Below are positions 37,327 through 47,799 of a DNA stretch of 64,000 nucleotides, in pieces. The notes beneath the pieces were generated by a model. The model was not told where the DNA came from and did no database searches. It was given only the letters and a program-made list of their open reading frames with translations. Position numbers and translations under genes: made by a program. Origin of the DNA: Smithella sp. (GTDB taxonomy: Bacteria; Desulfobacterota; Syntrophia; Syntrophales; Smithellaceae); contig JBATES010000252.1 of NCBI GenBank assembly GCA_049664145.1, positions 3,371 to 67,370 of the forward strand, in the 5' to 3' direction. Numbering within the stretch: position 1 is the stretch's first letter; each line of letters begins with the position of its first letter.

Positions 37327-38907
37327 ATGGAACTTATGAGTGACGATATTAAGAAAAACACCACACTGGGGAAAATTAAAGACTTCGAAGCAAAGAACCA
37401 GGCTTTAAAATTGATGGGCGGAGAAAAGCAGGTTGCCAAGCAGCATGAAGCAAAGAAACTCACGGCCCGCGAAAGACTGGATTTGTTTTTTGATAAAGAT
37501 ACGTTTCAGGAAGTGCAGCTTTTTGTCCAGCACCGCTCCACTCTTTTCGGACTTGATAAAAAAGAAATTGCTTCCGACGGCGTGATTACCGGCTTTGGCA
37601 AGGTAAACGGACGGGTTGTTTTTGTCGCGGCTCAGGATTTTACATCTGCCGGCGGCAGTCTGGGTGAAATGCACGCGAAGAAAATCTGGAAAGTGATGGA
37701 TATGGCCCTGGACGCGCAAAAGCCTTTTGTATCGCTGAATGATTCCGGCGGCGCACGCATTCAGGAAGGTGTTCATTCGCTGGAAGGCTACGGGGGAATC
37801 TTCTACCGCAACACGCTTAGTTCTGGCTATATTCCACAAATACATGCCATCATGGGACCGACAGCCGGCGGCGCTGTTTACTCTCCGGCTCTTGCCGATT
37901 GGGTTTTTATGGTTAAAAACAGCAGCTATATGTATATCACGGGCCCGGATGTGGTTAAGGCTGTCATCGGAGAAGAAGTTTCCCATGAAGACCTGGGAGG
38001 CGCTGTGGCGCACGCTTCGAAAAGCGGTGTCTGTCACGTGGTTACGGAAAGTGATGCCGACTGCATCGAAAAGATCAAAAAACTTCTTTCCTATCTGCCG
38101 GACTGCTGCAATGCTCCCCTGCCGGTCTCCGGGAGCACGGATAGCGCGGAAAGGCTCTGCGCAGAATTGGACACGTTTATTCCCGATAAGAGCAACCGCG
38201 CCTACGATATGAAAAAAATCATTAAAGCCGTTGCCGATAACAACGAAATGTTTGAAACGCATGAACTCTGGGCGCAAAATATTATTACCGCTTTTATCCG
38301 CATCATGGGACAAACGGTAGGCATCATCGCCAACAATCCCCGGTTTTTCGCAGGTGTGTTGGATGTGAACGCTTCCGACAAGGCATCCCGGTTTATTCGC
38401 TTCTGCGACGCCTTTAATATTCCCCTTCTGACTTTCACGGATGTTCCCGGTTATATGCCGGGCACCAATCAGGAATGGGCGGGCATCATCCGCCACGGCG
38501 CAAAACTTCTGCACGCTTATTCCGAATCGACCGTGCCGAAAATAACGGTGATCACACGCAAAGCATACGGCGGCGCGTATCTGGGCATGTGTAGCAAACA
38601 GTTGGGCGCTGATTACGTGATGGCGTGGCCCACTGCTGAAATCGCCGTGATGGGCGCGGAAGGCGCCTGCAACATCATTTACCGCAGTGAAATATCCAAA
38701 GCAGAAGATCCCGCGGCGAATCGGGCGGAACTGGCGGCGGCTTATGAAGATAAATTCAATAATCCTTATTTTGCGGCGTCACTGGGATATATCGAAGAAA
38801 TCATCGCCCCGCGCGACACAAGGAAAAGAATCATTACGCTTTTGGAAGCTCTGAAAGATAAGAAGCTCTCGCGAATTTCCAAAAAGCACACCAACATTCC
38901 TCTGTAG
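37327..38907 (+). CDS. Acyl-CoA carboxylase carboxyltransferase subunit (propionyl-CoA carboxylase beta / methylmalonyl-CoA decarboxylase alpha family)
   Basis: AQDFTSAGGSLGEMHAKK, MGPTAGGAVYSPAL, RKAYGGAYLGM motifs, 526 aa. Confidence 0.9.
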   Translation: MELMSDDIKKNTTLGKIKDFEAKNQALKLMGGEKQVAKQHEAKKLTARERLDLFFDKDTFQEVQLFVQHRSTLFGLDKKEIASDGVITGFGKVNGRVVFVAAQDFTSAGGSLGEMHAKKIWKVMDMALDAQKPFVSLNDSGGARIQEGVHSLEGYGGIFYRNTLSSGYIPQIHAIMGPTAGGAVYSPALADWVFMVKNSSYMYITGPDVVKAVIGEEVSHEDLGGAVAHASKSGVCHVVTESDADCIEKIKKLLSYLPDCCNAPLPVSGSTDSAERLCAELDTFIPDKSNRAYDMKKIIKAVADNNEMFETHELWAQNIITAFIRIMGQTVGIIANNPRFFAGVLDVNASDKASRFIRFCDAFNIPLLTFTDVPGYMPGTNQEWAGIIRHGAKLLHAYSESTVPKITVITRKAYGGAYLGMCSKQLGADYVMAWPTAEIAVMGAEGACNIIYRSEISKAEDPAANRAELAAAYEDKFNNPYFAASLGYIEEIIAPRDTRKRIITLLEALKDKKLSRISKKHTNIPL

Positions 38908-38922
38908 GATTTTGAGGCGGAC

Positions 38923-39288
38923 GTGTACAAGGCATTTGCCGACGCGATTGTTGTTATTCATTTCCTGTTTATCGCATTTGTTGTTTTCGGCGGTTTACTG
39001 GTCATTCGCTGGCCGAAAGTGGCCTTTGTGCATCTTCCCGCGGTAATATGGGGAGCGGTTATCGAAATCTTCAGTTGGATTTGTCCGCTGACACCGCTTG
39101 AAAATCATTTTCGCGACCTCGCCGGAGAAAGTTTATATGGCGGTGATTTTATCGTTCGCTATCTGATTCCGGTCATCTACCCTGTGAATCTGACAACATC
39201 CATCCAGAAGGTTCTCGGCGTTCTGGTCATTGTAATCAATGTAATTTTTTATGCGATTGCGATCAGCAAACACCGGAAAAGTGTTTAG
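38923..39288 (+). CDS. DUF2784-like membrane protein
   Basis: Four TM helices and a CPLTPLEN motif. 4-nt convergent overlap with the gltX stop. Confidence 0.55.
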   Translation: MYKAFADAIVVIHFLFIAFVVFGGLLVIRWPKVAFVHLPAVIWGAVIEIFSWICPLTPLENHFRDLAGESLYGGDFIVRYLIPVIYPVNLTTSIQKVLGVLVIVINVIFYAIAISKHRKSV

Positions 39289-40724
39289 CCGCTGATTGCC
39301 TTTAATCTCTTGATCGCTGTCTCTCTGCCCAGGATGACAAATATCTTATCCAGTTCCGGACCGTGAACTTTTCCGGTCAAGGCTGCGCGAACAGGCATGA
39401 ATAATTCTTTTCCTTTGGCGCTGGTTTTTTCTTTGACGAATTTCATTGCGGCTGGATAAAGTTTCTCCGGCTCTTCGGTATTGCCGGTTAAATATTCCAG
39501 AAAAGTATTCATGACCTTACGTGCTTTTTCTTTTTCCAGTATTTCTCCGGCTTCCGGTGTGATTTTATATCTGTCGCCAAAGAATATGTCGATGTGATTT
39601 CCAATTTCAGCAAGGGTGGTGAAATCGGTCTTGACCAGATCAATAATCTTTTTGAACCAATCTGATTTGATCATTTCGTCCTGATAACCTGACTGTGCCA
39701 GAAACGGCTTCAACTTTACCACCAAATCTTCGGTTTTACTGTTTCTGATATAGATAGCGTTGAGCCAGTGGAGTTTTTCTTCATCAAAGATAGCGCCGCT
39801 TTTTGATGCCCGTTCCAGGGCAAAACCGGTTATCATTTCTTCACGGGACAAAACTTCTTTGGCCTCAGAAAACGAACTTCCCAGAAGTCCGAGATAATTA
39901 ATCATCGCTTTGGGTAGAATCCCCTGCTTGCGAAATTCGCCGATGGAAACGGAGCCGTGCCTTTTGCTGAGCTTGGCGCGGTCTTTCCCGAGAATTAAAC
40001 AATGGTGAGCAAAAGTCGGCGGCTCGAATCCGAAAGCCCGGTAAAGCATAATCTGCAAAGCGGTGTTGGAAAGATGATCTTCACCGCGAATGACATGGCT
40101 GATGTTCATCAGATGATCATCAATCACAACCGCAAAATTATAGGCCGGCATCCCGTTGGAGCGCACAATGATAAAATCGCCGATGGCATCCGCCTCAAAT
40201 TTCATGGCGCCTCGAATTAAATCTTCAAATTCGATGGTTTGTGGCTGAACCTTAAAGCGGAATGAAGGCTTTCTTCCCTCGTTTTCTTTTTGTCTTCTCT
40301 GCTCTGAATTCAAATGCCGGCATTTGCCCATGTACCGCGGCATGCGCTTGCTTAAAATCAGAGTCTGGCGTTCTTCCTCCAGTTCTTCTTCAGAGCAATA
40401 ACAGGGATAAACCAAATCGCTGTCTATTAATTTCTGCAGATGAGCGGTATAAATTTCCAAACGGTCACTCTGTTTATAAGGACCATATAATCCGTTTTTT
40501 TCCGGTCCTTCGTCCCAATCCAGTCCCAGCCATTTCAGATCGTCATACAGATTTAACTGATAGGAAACTGCGCTTCGCGATTCATCCGTATCTTCAATGC
40601 GGAGGATCAAACTTCCGCCGTGATGACGGGCAAACATCCAGTTAAACAGCGCAGTGCGCGCATTGCCCACATGCAGCTCACCGGTCGGAGAAGGCGCAAA
40701 TCTTACTCTAGGCTTCGAGATCAT
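39285..40724 (-). CDS. gltX: Glutamate--tRNA ligase
   Basis: RFAPSPTGELHVGNARTALFNW (HIGH) and KLSKR. Confidence 0.95.
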   Translation of the reverse strand: MISKPRVRFAPSPTGELHVGNARTALFNWMFARHHGGSLILRIEDTDESRSAVSYQLNLYDDLKWLGLDWDEGPEKNGLYGPYKQSDRLEIYTAHLQKLIDSDLVYPCYCSEEELEEERQTLILSKRMPRYMGKCRHLNSEQRRQKENEGRKPSFRFKVQPQTIEFEDLIRGAMKFEADAIGDFIIVRSNGMPAYNFAVVIDDHLMNISHVIRGEDHLSNTALQIMLYRAFGFEPPTFAHHCLILGKDRAKLSKRHGSVSIGEFRKQGILPKAMINYLGLLGSSFSEAKEVLSREEMITGFALERASKSGAIFDEEKLHWLNAIYIRNSKTEDLVVKLKPFLAQSGYQDEMIKSDWFKKIIDLVKTDFTTLAEIGNHIDIFFGDRYKITPEAGEILEKEKARKVMNTFLEYLTGNTEEPEKLYPAAMKFVKEKTSAKGKELFMPVRAALTGKVHGPELDKIFVILGRETAIKRLKAISG

Positions 40725-41898
40725 TTTTTTTCCTTTCTGTCAGAGCGGCGACGGCAAAAACCGCCACGCCTTCGTTTCTTCCGGTAAACCCCATGCCTTC
40801 GTTTGTTTTGGCTTTGATATTCACACAGTCCCTGGGTATTTTCAAAGCGCGGACCACATTGGAAACTATCTTGTCCGCGTGAGGTGCAAGCTTGGGCGCT
40901 TCCATTATAACCGTCGCATCAATATTATTCACAACATATCCTTTTGCTTCGATGATTTTTTTTACTCTTTCCAGAAGAATCATGCTGGAAATATCCTTAT
41001 ATTCGGGATCGGAATCTGGAAAATGTCTGCCAATGTCTCCCGCGCCCGCAGCTCCTAAAAGCGCATCACAAATCGCGTGAATAAGCGCGTCCGCGTCGGA
41101 GTGTCCCTGTAAACCCATATCAAAAGGAATTTCCACGCCACCCAGAATAAGTTTTCTATCTGCAGCAAATCGATGACTGTCATAACCGAAACCGTTGCGC
41201 ACACTGGCCGTGTTTCTTTTTTTCATCAGTGCATCGGCTATCCGCATGTCTTCGTTGGTGGTGATCTTCAGATTCTCGTAAGTTCCTTCAACCATCCTGA
41301 TTTCCTTTCCCAGTCGCTCGACTAAAGAAGCGTCGTCGGTTCCATAAAAATTTTCTTCGTAAGCAGTCCGGTAGGATTCTTTCAGCAGTTCAAATTGAAA
41401 AGCCTGTGGGGTCTGAGCTGACCAGAGATTTTCCCGAGGCACGGTCATCGCAATTTTATGATCGTCATTAACTTTTTTGATGGTGTCTTTTATTTTTACG
41501 CCGGTCACGGCGGCGCCCATGGACCTGGCGGCATCAACAACCCGCGCGATGAACTCTTTCGTAACGAACGGGCGGACGGCGTCGTGAACAACCACAATAT
41601 CGCAATCGCCCTGAATAGCATTAAGACAGTTGTTTACAGAATCCTGCCTTTCTTTTCCGCCGGCAACCACTTGGGTCACTTTAGTCAAACCGTATTTTTC
41701 AGCCAGCTCCTGATGTACATGAACCATGTCCTCCGATGGCAAGGCCAGGATAATCTCATTAATGTCCGGAGAATTCTGAAACACCTGAAGAGTTTGTACC
41801 AACACCGGCAAAGAATCCAGTAACAGATACTGCTTCGCTATGTGAGATTTTAATCTTGTGCCCGCCCCTCCGGCGGGAATTATGGCGACTGTTTTCAT
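40708..41898 (-). CDS. ispDF: Bifunctional 2-C-methyl-D-erythritol 4-phosphate cytidylyltransferase / MEcPP synthase
   Basis: N-terminal IIPAGGAGTR (IspD) and C-terminal GYDSHRF...GHSDADALIHA (IspF). Confidence 0.95.
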   Translation of the reverse strand: MKTVAIIPAGGAGTRLKSHIAKQYLLLDSLPVLVQTLQVFQNSPDINEIILALPSEDMVHVHQELAEKYGLTKVTQVVAGGKERQDSVNNCLNAIQGDCDIVVVHDAVRPFVTKEFIARVVDAARSMGAAVTGVKIKDTIKKVNDDHKIAMTVPRENLWSAQTPQAFQFELLKESYRTAYEENFYGTDDASLVERLGKEIRMVEGTYENLKITTNEDMRIADALMKKRNTASVRNGFGYDSHRFAADRKLILGGVEIPFDMGLQGHSDADALIHAICDALLGAAGAGDIGRHFPDSDPEYKDISSMILLERVKKIIEAKGYVVNNIDATVIMEAPKLAPHADKIVSNVVRALKIPRDCVNIKAKTNEGMGFTGRNEGVAVFAVAALTERKKNDLEA

Positions 41899-42014
41899 CG
41901 ATCACTTCCGTAAAATTAAGGGCGTTGATAACATTTTTATTGTGAAAATGGAATAGTCATAAAAAAAGCCCGGATTGGATGAGCTTCCGGGCTTCATAAA
42001 AATTAAATTTGTTA

Positions 42015-43007
42015 TCAGGCAACTTCTTTCAATTCCGAGAAGATCATTCTTCCCGCTGTTGTCTGCAGCACACTGGTCACGACAACTTTAACGGTTACAT
42101 TAACCAGTTTCTGCGCATTATCCACAATAATCATCGTACCGTCATCAAGATACGCAACCCCCTGACCGGCTTCCTTGCCTTCACGAACTATCTTGACAGT
42201 CATCTGCTCACCGGGGAGAACGACGGGTTTCAACGCATTGGCCAGTTCATTGATATTCAATACCCTGATGCCCTGCAGTTCGGCAACCTTGTTCAAATTA
42301 TAATCATTGGTCAAAAGCTTGGCGTTTAGCTGGTTGGCTAGAGCAACCAGCTTGCCGTCCACTCCCTTGATTTTAGGGAAATCCTGATCGACGATATTGA
42401 TATTGACGTTAGGATTTTTCTGCAGATGATTGAGGACATCCAAGCCACGCCTTCCTCTTAAACGCTTCATCGAATCGGATGAGTCGGCAACCAGCTGCAA
42501 CTCGTTCAAAACAAAGCGGGGGACAATCAGTTCCCCTTCAATAAATCCACTGTCGCAGATGTCGGCTATTCTTCCTTCAATGATTACGCTGGTATCCAGG
42601 ATTCGCAAGTTACAATCAGATTTAGAGTCCATTCCGTCAAAATTAAATTCTTCAATCTTTTTTGAACCTAAAGCAAGCCCCAGATAACTGAAGATTCCCG
42701 TGATTAACAAATAGATCCAGAATCCCGCCTGCTGGTTCTCTCTGCTTTTACTTACAAAATTTAAACCAAAGCTAAAAATTAAGGCAATCAGGAGACCGAT
42801 CATCGTTCCGGCGACACCACCGATAATAACTTTTAGAGATAATTTACGAATTTCCTTTTCTATTTGAATGACGATTAATGCGATTAATAATCCGACAATA
42901 AAACCGGCAAATGATTTAAGAATCAAAAAAGGATCTGAGAAAGAATAATACGAAATAGCATAACCACTTATCGAACATGCCAGAATTAAGATAATTTTAA
43001 TAACCAA
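42015..43007 (-). CDS. PIN/TRAM domain membrane protein (YacL-like)
   Basis: N-terminal TM helices, a PIN domain ([12 protein letters not shown]), and C-terminal TRAM. TTG 43007 lies 8 nt after GGAGG, whereas the track GTG 43016 overlaps that SD sequence. Confidence 0.75.
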   Translation of the reverse strand: MVIKIILILACSISGYAISYYSFSDPFLILKSFAGFIVGLLIALIVIQIEKEIRKLSLKVIIGGVAGTMIGLLIALIFSFGLNFVSKSRENQQAGFWIYLLITGIFSYLGLALGSKKIEEFNFDGMDSKSDCNLRILDTSVIIEGRIADICDSGFIEGELIVPRFVLNELQLVADSSDSMKRLRGRRGLDVLNHLQKNPNVNINIVDQDFPKIKGVDGKLVALANQLNAKLLTNDYNLNKVAELQGIRVLNINELANALKPVVLPGEQMTVKIVREGKEAGQGVAYLDDGTMIIVDNAQKLVNVTVKVVVTSVLQTTAGRMIFSELKEVA

Positions 43008-43189
43008 ACGTTTCACCTCCTTTCTTTTTTTATTTTATGAATGTAATAAAATATTAATTATCTATGAAATAAAAAAATAGAAAATAAGAAAATGGGAGGC
43101 AAAATGACGGTTTCCTTAAAAAAGGAAAAGTAATTTGCCTGTATTTAATTATCAAAGAACTGAATTGAAATTATTAAATTAAATATTTA

Positions 43190-43699
43190 TTACTGGACTG
43201 TAAAAATTTTCTGCAAATTGTGTTCAACTTCGGATTCCTTCGCGTTGCTGGCAACGGATATTTCTTTGACCAGCAAATTCTTGGCCGTATCCATCATCTT
43301 CCGCTCGCCGAAAGAAAGATTTTTGTCGCTTTTCAAAATAAATAAGTCTCGCAAGACGCCGGCAATTTCAAAAACAGAACCGGTTTTGATTCTCTCTAAA
43401 TATTCCCGATAGCGTTTATTCCATGTTTGCTTATCGATCGTAACGTCTTTATTGCGTAAAATTTCATAAACTTTAGGAATTTCTTTTTCCATAATAATTT
43501 CACGCAATCCTACCGCTTTGACACTCATCGTCGGTATCATGATTTTCATGCCATTCCCCATTATTTTCATAACGTAGAACGACTGCTTTTTGCCCATTAC
43601 TTCTTTATTTTCAATGGCTTCAATGACACCAACACCATGTGCCGGATATACCGCCAAATCGCCTACCTTAAACATTTTATTTTTCGCCTGCCTTTCCAT
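43190..43699 (-). CDS. carD: CarD/CdnL family RNA-polymerase-binding transcription regulator
   Basis: FKVGDLAVYPAHGVGVIEAIE N-terminal Tudor-like domain. The start may instead be ATG 43675. Confidence 0.85.
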   Translation of the reverse strand: MERQAKNKMFKVGDLAVYPAHGVGVIEAIENKEVMGKKQSFYVMKIMGNGMKIMIPTMSVKAVGLREIIMEKEIPKVYEILRNKDVTIDKQTWNKRYREYLERIKTGSVFEIAGVLRDLFILKSDKNLSFGERKMMDTAKNLLVKEISVASNAKESEVEHNLQKIFTVQ

Positions 43700-44016
43700 A
43701 AAATAGGAGATATAATACCACTATTTGTACCGATAGTCAACAAGCAAAGCTGATTTAAGTATCCCTTATAAATGTTTGTTCATATAATCTGCCCTTTAAC
43801 TTCCTTTAAAATTCTTACCTACTTAATATTATTGATATATTATGAATGAGCATTCGTAATCGATATCCATTGCCATCCAGCCTTCATTAATATTACGCTT
43901 TACTTGCCAGAAAAGATAATTCGGTGTAATTTGCACAACAGTCAGCACCAAAAATTTCTTCTTGAATTCAAAATAAACATTTTCAAAGGTTTATGGAGGG
44001 TAAGCACGAAAAGTAA

Positions 44017-44253
44017 AAGATTTCTCTGGATAATGATCTGTTTCTTCATGCAGCAATCTTGAGTTCATGTGGCAGCGACGATTCATCACATAGCAGTAAA
44101 TATCTAACCGGGGTAAAAAGCATTGCTTCTGGATGGTCACACTCCTTAGCCTTAAAAAATGACGACACGATTATGAGGGGATACAACACCGGGGGGCAAT
44201 TAGGCGACGGAACAACAGAGCACAGGTATTTGCCTGTTCAGGTACTCCGTTAG
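44017..44253 (+). pseudogene. Remnant of an RCC1-repeat (putative lipo)protein gene
   Basis: Open frame encodes ...AILSSCGSDDSS... then a single RCC1-like repeat (SGWSHSLALKNDDTIMRGYNTGGQLGDGTTEHRYLPVQV) and stops. No proper start or signal peptide. Lies in an AT-rich gap. Confidence 0.45.
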
Positions 44254-44318
44254 CCAATAAAGATCATTGATCTTCATTCGGAATTGATCGGCTTTTCTTG
44301 TTGTTGATGTTTGTGTTA

Positions 44319-46577
44319 TTATGCCTTACCGGTCTGATGATTCCTCCAGATTCGTCGCAGGCGTAAAGAATTACTGACAACGGAAAATGAACTCAACGCC
44401 ATTGCTGCGGCGGCATATTCCGGATTTAATAAAATTCCCAATGACGGATATAATACACCGGCTGCAATCGGAATACCGATAACATTATAGAAAAAAGCCC
44501 AGAAAAGATTTTGTTTGATGACGCGCATTGTAGCGAGCGACAAATCAATCGCTTCCGCAACACCCGACAAATTATCTCGAATCAGCGTTATGTCGCTTGC
44601 TTCGATGGCTACATCAGTTCCTGCGCCGATGGCAATCCCGACATCCGCCGCTGCCAGCGCCGGGGCGTCATTGATACCGTCACCAACCATCGCCACAACC
44701 TCTCCCGCCGCCTGAAGCTTTCTTATTTCATCGGCTTTTTTATCCGGAAGAACTTCGGCCAATACTTTTTCTATGCCTAATTGAGAAGCAATGGCGCCGG
44801 CCGTCACCTTATTATCACCGGTAACCATCGCCACTTTTAATCCCCTGCTCTTCAGCCTTTCCACCGCTTGTAAAGCTGATTCCTTTGGTGTGTCGGCTGC
44901 GGCGATAATGCCGATAACCTCATTGTGCATGGATACGAAGACAGTGGTTTTTCCTTCTTCTTCCAGTTTTGCCGCTTTTTTTATCCAACGATCAACCGAA
45001 ACCCCTTCTTTTTGCATAAACTTGAGATTACCGATTAAGCTTAATTTATTGTCAACAATAGCTTTGGCACCCATCCCCGGTATTGCTGTAAAGCTGTCGG
45101 CAACAGCCATGGGGATTTCATCCGCTTTAGATTTTTGCAGAATTGCCTGGGCGAGCGGATGTTCAGAATTTTTCTCCAAAGATGCGGCACAGGAAAGAAC
45201 GGTTTTGATGTCAAAACCGTCAGCCGCTATGATATCTGTCACAAAAGGTTCGCCACGGGTAAGTGTGCCGGTTTTGTCAAAGATGATGACAGAAAGTTTG
45301 TGTATCTTTTCTAACGTTTCTCCACCCTTAATTAAAATTCCGCTTTGCGCTCCCAGACCGGTACCCACCATAATCGCCGTGGGAGTGGCCAGTCCCAACG
45401 CACAGGGACAGGCAATCACCAGAACAGAAACAAAATTAATCAGAGCGCGACTGAAATTGTTTTCAGCAGGAACAAAATACCAGATCATAAAAGTAATCAA
45501 AGCCACGCCAAAAACAGTCGGCACGAATACAGAAGCAATTTTATCCGCGAGACGCTGAATCGGTGCTTTCGACCCCTGCGCTTCTTCCACCAGACGGATA
45601 ATTTGCGCCAGAGTAGTGCCAGCGCCAACGCCTTTTGCCTGAAAGGTAAAACTACCCGTCTTGTTCATGGTGGCGGCAAAGACTTTCTGACCTGATTCTT
45701 TGGTTACCGGCATGCTTTCGCCGGTCAGCATGGATTCATCGATGGTTGATTCACCGGTCAGAACGATCCCATCAACGGGAATTTTTTCTCCCGGCTTCAC
45801 CATGAGGATATCGTCAACCTGCACATCTTCAACAGCTATTTCCAATTCCTGACCGTTTTTAATGAGATGGGCGGTTTTAGGCTTCAGTCCGATTAATTTT
45901 TTTATTGCCGCGGAAGTTTTCCCTTTGGCTCTGGTTTCCAGTAATCTTCCGACCAGAACAAGGGTGACGATCATCGCCGCGCCATCGTAATAGACATGTG
46001 GCATGACTCCGGCGGTGGTAAAAAATTGCGGGAAAAAAGTTGCAGCGGCAGAATAGGCATAAGCTGAAAAAGCACCGACCGCGACAAGGGTGTTCATATC
46101 TGATGTTTTCTGTCGGGCTGCTTTATAAGCTCCCGTGAAAAAACGGTTGCCCACCCAGAACACGGCCGGAAACGTTAAAAGAAACATTGCCAGAAGCATC
46201 GTCTGGCGGGGAATGAAATGCAGGAAATCAAACCAGTGCTGCATTGAACCCATAAAAATAATGATGCTCAACACCGTACCGCAGATGACCTTTAATTTAA
46301 GATCTTTCAGATCTTTATTCCTGGATTCTTCCAGGGGATCGGCAAGATAATCTTTAACTTCACCTAAAAATTCATAACCATGATCGGCAACAACTTTGCT
46401 GAGAACGGAAAGGCCGCCCCATTTTGCATCACGAGTAATTGTTGCATGTCCGTTGGCCAAATTGACGGCAACATCTTCTACGCCGTCAATCTCTTTAATG
46501 GCATTTTCCACTCTCCGGACGCAGGCGGCGCAGGTCATTCCGCCAACGGCAATGGTTATGGTCTTTGGCGCAGTCAT
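44319..46577 (-). CDS. copA: Copper-translocating P1B-type ATPase
   Basis: N-terminal HMA GMTCAACVRRV, CPC motif (ACPCALGLATP), DKTGT, GDGINDAP. ATG 46577 is preferred over the TTG at 46589. Confidence 0.95.
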   Translation of the reverse strand: MTAPKTITIAVGGMTCAACVRRVENAIKEIDGVEDVAVNLANGHATITRDAKWGGLSVLSKVVADHGYEFLGEVKDYLADPLEESRNKDLKDLKLKVICGTVLSIIIFMGSMQHWFDFLHFIPRQTMLLAMFLLTFPAVFWVGNRFFTGAYKAARQKTSDMNTLVAVGAFSAYAYSAAATFFPQFFTTAGVMPHVYYDGAAMIVTLVLVGRLLETRAKGKTSAAIKKLIGLKPKTAHLIKNGQELEIAVEDVQVDDILMVKPGEKIPVDGIVLTGESTIDESMLTGESMPVTKESGQKVFAATMNKTGSFTFQAKGVGAGTTLAQIIRLVEEAQGSKAPIQRLADKIASVFVPTVFGVALITFMIWYFVPAENNFSRALINFVSVLVIACPCALGLATPTAIMVGTGLGAQSGILIKGGETLEKIHKLSVIIFDKTGTLTRGEPFVTDIIAADGFDIKTVLSCAASLEKNSEHPLAQAILQKSKADEIPMAVADSFTAIPGMGAKAIVDNKLSLIGNLKFMQKEGVSVDRWIKKAAKLEEEGKTTVFVSMHNEVIGIIAAADTPKESALQAVERLKSRGLKVAMVTGDNKVTAGAIASQLGIEKVLAEVLPDKKADEIRKLQAAGEVVAMVGDGINDAPALAAADVGIAIGAGTDVAIEASDITLIRDNLSGVAEAIDLSLATMRVIKQNLFWAFFYNVIGIPIAAGVLYPSLGILLNPEYAAAAMALSSFSVVSNSLRLRRIWRNHQTGKA

Positions 46578-46578
46578 T

Positions 46579-46779
46579 TTATTCAACAATATCGTATCCG
46601 GCTTTTTTAACAGCCGCGGCTATGATCTTAGCATCAACGTTGTTCTCTCCTTCGAAAGTTGCAACTCCACTGTTCAAATCTACCTGGACATTCTTGATTC
46701 CTTCGACTGCGGCTAACGCTTTGGTAACAGCCATTGCGCAATGCTGACACGACATCCCATTGATTTTTATTTTCTTCAT
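46579..46779 (-). CDS. copZ: Copper chaperone (HMA domain)
   Basis: GMSCQHCAMAV metal-binding motif, 66 aa, AAGGAGGA RBS, immediately upstream of copA. Confidence 0.85.
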   Translation of the reverse strand: MKKIKINGMSCQHCAMAVTKALAAVEGIKNVQVDLNSGVATFEGENNVDAKIIAAAVKKAGYDIVE

Positions 46780-46925
46780 CGTATCTTCCTCCTTATTTTT
46801 AAGTAATTTAAGAATGATTCTGATAATAGCAAGATAAATTTTCTTAACCTTATAATATCTTCACATCCTGCTTGATTTAAGATTTATTATGTATTATTAG
46901 ATTTTCATTACGATAAAGGTGACCA

Positions 46926-47768
46926 ATGATTATTCATTGCTGGGGCTCCAGAGGCTCTGTTCCTGTATCCGGCAAACAGTATTTACGCTATGGCGGCAAC
47001 ACCACGTGCCTGGAGATCAGGACCCAAGACGATACCATATTAATCGTTGATGCCGGTACCGGTATACGTGAAGCAGGCAATGCTCTCACCGCCAACGGTC
47101 ATAACGATTTCACTCTTTTATTGACGCACGCCCACTGGGATCACATTATGGGTTTTCCTTTCTTCAAACCCATATATTCACCCAAAACTAATTTAAATGT
47201 CTGGGGTTGTCCCTTTGCACAGACATCCGTCAAGAAAATGCTCGCCAGAATAATGGCGGCCCCGAATTTTCCGGTCAACCTGGACTATATTCGCGCCAAA
47301 ATCCGCTATCAGGCATTTTGTCTTCAACCGAATTACAACCTGGGATCCATGATGATTACGCCCATAGCGTTAAGCCATCCCAATCAGGGAACAGGCTACC
47401 GATTTGAGGAAGACGGCAAGTCTTTCGTCTTTCTAACTGACAATGAACTTCGGTACCGGCACAAGGGAGGCCTGACTTATAAACAATATCTGAATTTTTG
47501 CAAAGGCGCCGATCTGCTGTTTCACGATGCCGAATACAATGAAGCAGAGTACAAAAAAACTCGCGGGTGGGGACACTCCTGTTATAAGGATGCTCTGAAT
47601 CTCGCGCTGGAAGCTGGCGTGAAACAACTGGGATTATTTCATCACAATCAGGAAAGATTAGACGCTTCTCTTGATGAGATCGTGGCAGACTGTCGCCAAA
47701 TCATCAAATCAAGCGGCAGCAAAATGAAATGCGTTGCCGTCGGCCAGTCAATGAAATTTAAACTTTAA
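46926..47768 (+). CDS. MBL-fold metallo-hydrolase
   Basis: THAHWDH (HxHxDH) motif, later His/Asp ligands, 280 aa. Confidence 0.8.
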   Translation: MIIHCWGSRGSVPVSGKQYLRYGGNTTCLEIRTQDDTILIVDAGTGIREAGNALTANGHNDFTLLLTHAHWDHIMGFPFFKPIYSPKTNLNVWGCPFAQTSVKKMLARIMAAPNFPVNLDYIRAKIRYQAFCLQPNYNLGSMMITPIALSHPNQGTGYRFEEDGKSFVFLTDNELRYRHKGGLTYKQYLNFCKGADLLFHDAEYNEAEYKKTRGWGHSCYKDALNLALEAGVKQLGLFHHNQERLDASLDEIVADCRQIIKSSGSKMKCVAVGQSMKFKL

Positions 47769-47799
47769 CTTTTCAAATCATATCCGTAACCGGAAAACC

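Noticed and set aside
37405-38514. 369-aa ORF antisense to the carboxyltransferase gene
   Set aside because: It lies entirely within a confidently identified CDS on the other strand. Its sequence is low-complexity and Arg/Phe-rich with no recognisable motifs. This is a typical shadow ORF.
44791-45558. 255-aa ORF antisense to copA (and the similar 209-aa ORF at 53397-54026 antisense to dapA)
   Set aside because: Shadow ORFs within confidently assigned genes. Composition is Ser/Ala/Pro- or Arg-rich in a way typical of antisense frames.
46780-46925. CueR/CsoR/CopY-type operator in the copZ-copA / MBL divergent promoter region
   Set aside because: I could not find a convincing dyad or a 19-bp-spacer MerR-type promoter, and no metalloregulator gene is adjacent.
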